From Patescibacteria group bacterium (GTDB lineage: Bacteria > Patescibacteriota > Minisyncoccia > Phycocordibacterales > JBBUBG01): 27,287 nucleotides of DNA. The translations under genes were made by a program, and so were the position numbers. The stretch lies in the NCBI GenBank assembly GCA_040384765.1, contig JAZKIQ010000001.1, forward strand, positions 160,168 to 187,454, written 5' to 3'. Under the pieces are notes generated by a model. It ran no database searches. It was given only the letters and a program-made list of their open reading frames with translations, and was not told where the DNA came from. Positions 23,636-27,287 of the stretch are shown piece by piece. Within the stretch, counting starts at the first letter, position 1; every line of letters starts with the position of its first letter.

Positions 23636-23974
23636 CTAAAGTAGCCTCATAACCTCCTTCTTTAAACTCTCAACGTCGGTAAATAGGAACGACTTGATAC
23701 CGATACTCTCTGCTGCTTTTGTGTTCTTTTCTTGATCGTCGAAATAGACACACTCTTCTGGTTTCAAGTTGTTCTCATTGAGCACGAGCTGCCACGCTTG
23801 GGGATTAGGCTTCACAAGTCCGGTCTGCCATGAGAAGTAGGCCTTGTCCATAATCTCCGAGAGCTTCGGCAAAAACTCCGCTGTCTTCACACCAAAATCA
23901 GCCTCAAACTTATCGGAGAGCTTTTGACCCTTTATGAAGATCCCATTGAGATCGAAGATAGCGGCGCGGAGCAT
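23636..23974 (-). pseudogene. HAD-family hydrolase lacking its central part (112 aa); internally deleted or minimal
   Basis: Motif I-like IFDLNG, motif III GLVKP and motif IV YFDD are present. Motif II strand (hhSN/T) and most of the cap are absent. Confidence 0.55.
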
Positions 23975-24006
23975 TTGTTTACGTACTCTTCCTGATAAGG
24001 TAGCCA

Positions 24007-24234
24007 TCACTTCATCCGCGTCACTTTCACTACCTTGCCATCCTTGTCGTACGTGCTCCATTCGCCCACCTGTTTGTTTTTTTCAAAATGCCCGGAGCGC
24101 ATCTTCGACCCATCTTTTCTAAACCACTCCCAGTACCCCTCCATATGTTCCCCCCGCATAAATCCTTTGGCCCAAACACTTCCGTCCTTGTGATAATGAA
24201 TATGCTTTTTCTTCCGCAGAATTTTTTTTGGCAT
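24007..24234 (-). CDS. Small MORN-variant repeat (YwqK-like) protein (75 aa)
   Basis: Repeats YHKDGSVWAKG..., GYWEWFRKDGSKMRSG..., GEWSTYDKDGK. Confidence 0.72.
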   Translation of the reverse strand: MPKKILRKKKHIHYHKDGSVWAKGFMRGEHMEGYWEWFRKDGSKMRSGHFEKNKQVGEWSTYDKDGKVVKVTRMK

Positions 24235-24257
24235 GGATAGCTGGAATATCAATACAC

Positions 24258-26057
24258 CTACGCAGCTTTTTTAAACAGATACAGGTACTCTCCGTACCCT
24301 TCTTTCTCCATATCTGCCTTTGGGACAAACCGGAGCGATGCAGAGTTGGTGCAAAATCGGCGCCCACCCTCCTCTACAGGGCCGTCGAGGAAAAGATGTC
24401 CCACATGCCCGCCATCACTGCGTATCTCGGTGCGTGTTGTCGAGAGCGAGTTGTCTTCGAGCATCGTCACCGAGTCGTCATCGATAGTGCGCCAAAAGCT
24501 CGGCCAGCCTGTCCCTGAGTCATATTTATGAGTACTCGAAAAAAGCGGCTTTCCTGTCACGATATCGACATAGATACCCTCGGCCTTGTTGTTCCAGTAC
24601 GCATTGTCAAAAGGCGACTCCGTGCCGCTTTCAGCGACCACATGATATGCAAGCGGGTCTAGATTTTTGAGCAACTCCGCGATCTCTTCGTCGGTATAGT
24701 CGTACCCCTCTTTCTTAGGGACTGCGGCCCCTGTTTGCTCAGACTTCAAAAAATGTATCGCCGCATCCTTTGCCCACGTCTCTTCTACAAAGCCAGCCCT
24801 CCCAGACCCTTTTTTGTATAGTTCGTAGTGAGCTGCCGCTTTTTTGTAGTAATCCTGGTGATACTCCTCTGCCTTGAAAAACGTCGTGAACGGGAGGACG
24901 ACGGTCGCAATAGGCTTATCAAACAAGCCGCTCGCCTCGAGGCGCTTCTTCGAATCAAGGGCTACCATCTCTTGATCCTCGGTGTGGTAGAAGATAGCAG
25001 TCGTGTACTGCGGCCCTTTATCAGCAAACTGGCCCTCCGTATTCGTGGGATCGATATGCGACCAGTAGATATCGAGAATCCCTTCGGTCGAGATAATCTT
25101 TGGGTCGTAGGTTATCTGCACAGCCTCACGATGCTTTGTGGTGCCCTCCGAGACGATCAGGTACGAAGCCGTAGCCTCGTCTCCACCGGCATATCCCGAT
25201 ACGGCATCTACAATACCCTTCTCTTCCTGAAAGTACGCCTCGGTGCACCAGAAACATCCTCCCGCGAGGGTGATAGTCGCATAAGAGCCCTCCCGCATTG
25301 CACCCTCAATCGAAGAGTCCATCTTGGGCGCAAATCGATCGATGAGACTATTCTCGAGCTGTATCGTGGCACCATATCCCGAGTCGAGGATAAAGGTCTC
25401 GATCTGTTTGTCGTACCCGCCAAACACGGCGATCCCCACAAGGACGATGAGCGCACCGAACACCCGCTTCAGTGTCCCTGCAGTTTCTAGATGCGCGCTC
25501 AATCTGTTCATGAGCTGCTGGCCAAAGTAGGCGATAAGGAGCAACGAGGCTGCGAGGCCCGCGGTAAAGCCAAGAAGATAGATAAATCCGACAAAAAATG
25601 TCGCGGGCAGGGCCGTGGCAATAATAAACAGATACGTCGGGGAGCAGGTCGTAAAGACAGGCCCCAATGCCAAGCCCACCAATGCATCGCCTGCATAGCT
25701 TTTCTTCTTGTACCCCGCACCCACTGCTTTATTTCCAAAGAGGCCAATCTCGCGCACATACGGCACTCGTGCCCAAAGCGAGGGAAATACGGTAGAGAGA
25801 CCTACGAAAATAAGAATGGCTCCCGAGAGGCGGCTCCAAAAGAGCTGGGGAATATCGATAAGGAGCGTCGATGCCTTGAGAAGCAGCGTAAAGAGAATAA
25901 CCGACAAAGAGAGGGAGCCGATCACCACCAATGCTCGGCGGGAAATATACCGACCGCCAGCTTCCGATGCGCCAATGACCACCGGCAACAGCGGCAAGAT
26001 GCACGGCGCAAGGACCGTAAACACCCCTGCCAAGATTGCGATGCCTAAAAAGAGCAT
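24258..26057 (-). CDS. msrAB: Fusion of CcdA/DsbD-like TM domain, MsrA and MsrB (peptide methionine sulfoxide reductase)
   Basis: CcdA cysteines in LAPCILP and FTTCSP within ~6 TMs. MsrA AGGCFWC, GQFADKGPQY, AEEYHQDYY. MsrB GTESPF, KYDSGTGWPSF, GHVGHLF.DGP, RFCTNSASLRF. Confidence 0.93.
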   Translation of the reverse strand: MLFLGIAILAGVFTVLAPCILPLLPVVIGASEAGGRYISRRALVVIGSLSLSVILFTLLLKASTLLIDIPQLFWSRLSGAILIFVGLSTVFPSLWARVPYVREIGLFGNKAVGAGYKKKSYAGDALVGLALGPVFTTCSPTYLFIIATALPATFFVGFIYLLGFTAGLAASLLLIAYFGQQLMNRLSAHLETAGTLKRVFGALIVLVGIAVFGGYDKQIETFILDSGYGATIQLENSLIDRFAPKMDSSIEGAMREGSYATITLAGGCFWCTEAYFQEEKGIVDAVSGYAGGDEATASYLIVSEGTTKHREAVQITYDPKIISTEGILDIYWSHIDPTNTEGQFADKGPQYTTAIFYHTEDQEMVALDSKKRLEASGLFDKPIATVVLPFTTFFKAEEYHQDYYKKAAAHYELYKKGSGRAGFVEETWAKDAAIHFLKSEQTGAAVPKKEGYDYTDEEIAELLKNLDPLAYHVVAESGTESPFDNAYWNNKAEGIYVDIVTGKPLFSSTHKYDSGTGWPSFWRTIDDDSVTMLEDNSLSTTRTEIRSDGGHVGHLFLDGPVEEGGRRFCTNSASLRFVPKADMEKEGYGEYLYLFKKAA

Positions 26058-26058
26058 G

Positions 26059-26571
26059 CTATTGCACTTCCGCCACGAGGCGGGCGAGCGTAGGGCTACC
26101 GCTCCATTTTTTAATGAGATCGCCCTTTGCGTTCACCTGCACAAGGGTGTGCTGATACGTCACTCCATATTTCTTTCGGAGCTCAAACTCCTTGTCGTAC
26201 TCGACCTTCAAGATAGTCAGGTCGCGAGGTATTGCAGCAAGGTTTTTCTCGATATCTGCAGCGAGGCCGCGACACGATGGGCACCACGAGGCAAAGAAAA
26301 AGAGCACCACGTCTCCCTTTTCCGCGAGCGCGAGCTTTGTAGGTGCGTACGCCTCGTACGACCCCGCCTTTGCTACTACAACATTTGTATCTACCTTAGC
26401 GGCCTCTGCGGGCTGCACTGCCGCCGTATCGTTTGCTACCACTTCTTCCTTTACCTCTTGGCTTGTCACCTCTGTCACCACAGCTTTCTCCCGATTCACG
26501 AGAGCATGCCCGCCGCCAACAATAGCCACGAACACAAGCACCCCCGCAATAGCTCCCATGATTTTGTTCAT
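26059..26571 (-). CDS. Membrane-anchored thioredoxin-like protein (170 aa)
   Basis: FFASWCPSC active site, KYGVTYQHT, N-terminal TM. Ends 1 bp before the CcdA-MsrAB start. Confidence 0.88.
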   Translation of the reverse strand: MNKIMGAIAGVLVFVAIVGGGHALVNREKAVVTEVTSQEVKEEVVANDTAAVQPAEAAKVDTNVVVAKAGSYEAYAPTKLALAEKGDVVLFFFASWCPSCRGLAADIEKNLAAIPRDLTILKVEYDKEFELRKKYGVTYQHTLVQVNAKGDLIKKWSGSPTLARLVAEVQ

Positions 26572-26738
26572 ACGCTGAAGGTTATTTCCTCTATAATACC
26601 TCATCTAAATCGACGCGTCTTGAGCAGAAGAAAAATCGACGCGGGCCACGAAACTGTTGACCAACCGGGTTTGTTATTTTGGAATAAATCAGTAGTATTC
26701 GTAACGGAACATGAAACACGAAGCAGGAGGAACTTCTC

Positions 26739-26981
26739 ATGAGGCTCGCTGACGAAAAGTGCGCGATGAGGTTTGTTATCGAGTGGCTCGGAACCACCCA
26801 TCCAGATCGCTGGCAAATAGTGGGAAACTTCATCCCGATGCTCGAGATGACGGCAGAGGAAAAGAAAGAGCTGGTCGCAAGAGTGAAGATGGAAAGCATC
26901 TTCAAGCAGGACGAAGCTATGCACTACGCCCACGGTTTACTGAAAATGGTTGAGGAGATTGAACCCACGAAGCCGACGTGA
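26739..26981 (+). CDS. Hypothetical protein (80 aa)
   Basis: SD AGGAGG upstream and a 16-bp hairpin downstream. No family recognised. Confidence 0.6.
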   Translation: MRLADEKCAMRFVIEWLGTTHPDRWQIVGNFIPMLEMTAEEKKELVARVKMESIFKQDEAMHYAHGLLKMVEEIEPTKPT

Positions 26982-27006
26982 CCTAAGCAACTGACAACGC
27001 CTCCGC

Positions 27007-27048
27007 ACTGGGCGGCACCGATTACATCGGTGCCGCCCAGTTATATTT
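27007..27048 (+). terminator. Intrinsic terminator after the 80-aa gene
   Basis: ACTGGGCGGCACCGAT-tac-ATCGGTGCCGCCCAGT, a perfect 16-bp stem followed by TATATTT. Confidence 0.75.
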
Positions 27049-27141
27049 CTGGAGGAGTTATCTTGGGTGGTGACACGATCAATGATTTTACCGGTAATGG
27101 ATTAGCTTTAAGTGGCAATGCTCTGACTGTTGCTTTACTCT

Positions 27142-27287
27142 CAGGAGCTGATGGAGCTGGTGGAGCAGAAGGCCAGCGAAGGCGGGTTGCGCGCAGCGCA
27201 GCCGTTGCCGGGCGAGGAGGTGGAGGGCGAAGGCGGCGGCAACGTCATCGACCTCACCGAATTGCTCAAGCGCAGCCTGAAGGGCAA
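27142..27287 (+). other. GC-rich fragment encoding a Ku (NHEJ) C-terminus-like sequence; probably a chimeric contig end
   Basis: The frame from 27142 reads QELMELVEQKASEGGLRAAQPLPGEEVEGEGGGNVIDLTELLKRSLKG, matching the (N/D)VxDLxxxLxxSL motif of bacterial Ku. No upstream Ku core, and GC content rises abruptly. Confidence 0.6.

Noticed and set aside
24007-24234. Toxin-antitoxin system based on the YwqK-like protein
   Set aside because: No adjacent toxin gene; MORN-variant repeats alone do not indicate a TA module.
25708-26742. 344-aa plus-strand ORF and similar long ORFs at 2755-3471, 13267-14070 and 18677-19354
   Set aside because: They lie antisense to well-supported genes and translate to sequence with no recognisable motifs.
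26979-27287. TGA read-through or genetic code 25, since the frame stays open after the TGA of the 80-aa gene
   Set aside because: TGA ends the P-type ATPase and the MORN-like gene at sensible positions, long genes have no internal TGA, a strong hairpin intervenes, and the downstream DNA looks chimeric.
1-27287. tRNA, rRNA, riboswitch, retron or DGR elements
   Set aside because: No cloverleaf, rRNA-like segment, reverse transcriptase or template/variable repeat pair was recognised by eye. An Infernal/Rfam scan of the intergenic regions would be needed to exclude small RNAs.

Overview
Gene-dense bacterial chromosomal segment read with the standard code (TAG, TAA and TGA all act as stops). Gene content and style (CAP-domain membrane protein, ECF sigma plus DUF5667 partner, stand-alone SWIB, giant Ig-rich protein with a C-terminal peptidoglycan-binding domain, few Shine-Dalgarno sites) suggest Patescibacteria/CPR, Parcubacteria-like; this is inference. 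Contents in order: partial family I pyrophosphatase-like gene, DUF2339 membrane protein, CAP protein, 2190-aa surface protein, methyltransferase, ZIP transporter, secreted three-repeat protein, SWIB, Pif1-like helicase, DUF1653, transglutaminase-like protein, ECF sigma/DUF5667 pair, a 48-aa lipoprotein missed by the ORF track, a second ECF sigma with a long extension, P-type ATPase, SGNH esterase, an internally deleted HAD gene, and a thioredoxin plus CcdA-MsrA-MsrB fusion operon. The last ~240 bp look chimeric and include a Ku fragment. Main leads: (1) a GGTCAC-N16-(C/A)GTCA motif found both before the ECF sigma and inside its anti-sigma-like partner, suggesting an internal promoter and a second, possibly secreted isoform; (2) a GPS-like HL/T-x-F autoproteolysis motif just before the wall anchor of the giant adhesin, whose tip carries tail-sheath-like repeats; (3) a self-contained micro-lipoprotein cassette with 100% GC3; (4) pervasive leaderless gene architecture. 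All calls come from reading motifs by eye; no searches were run.
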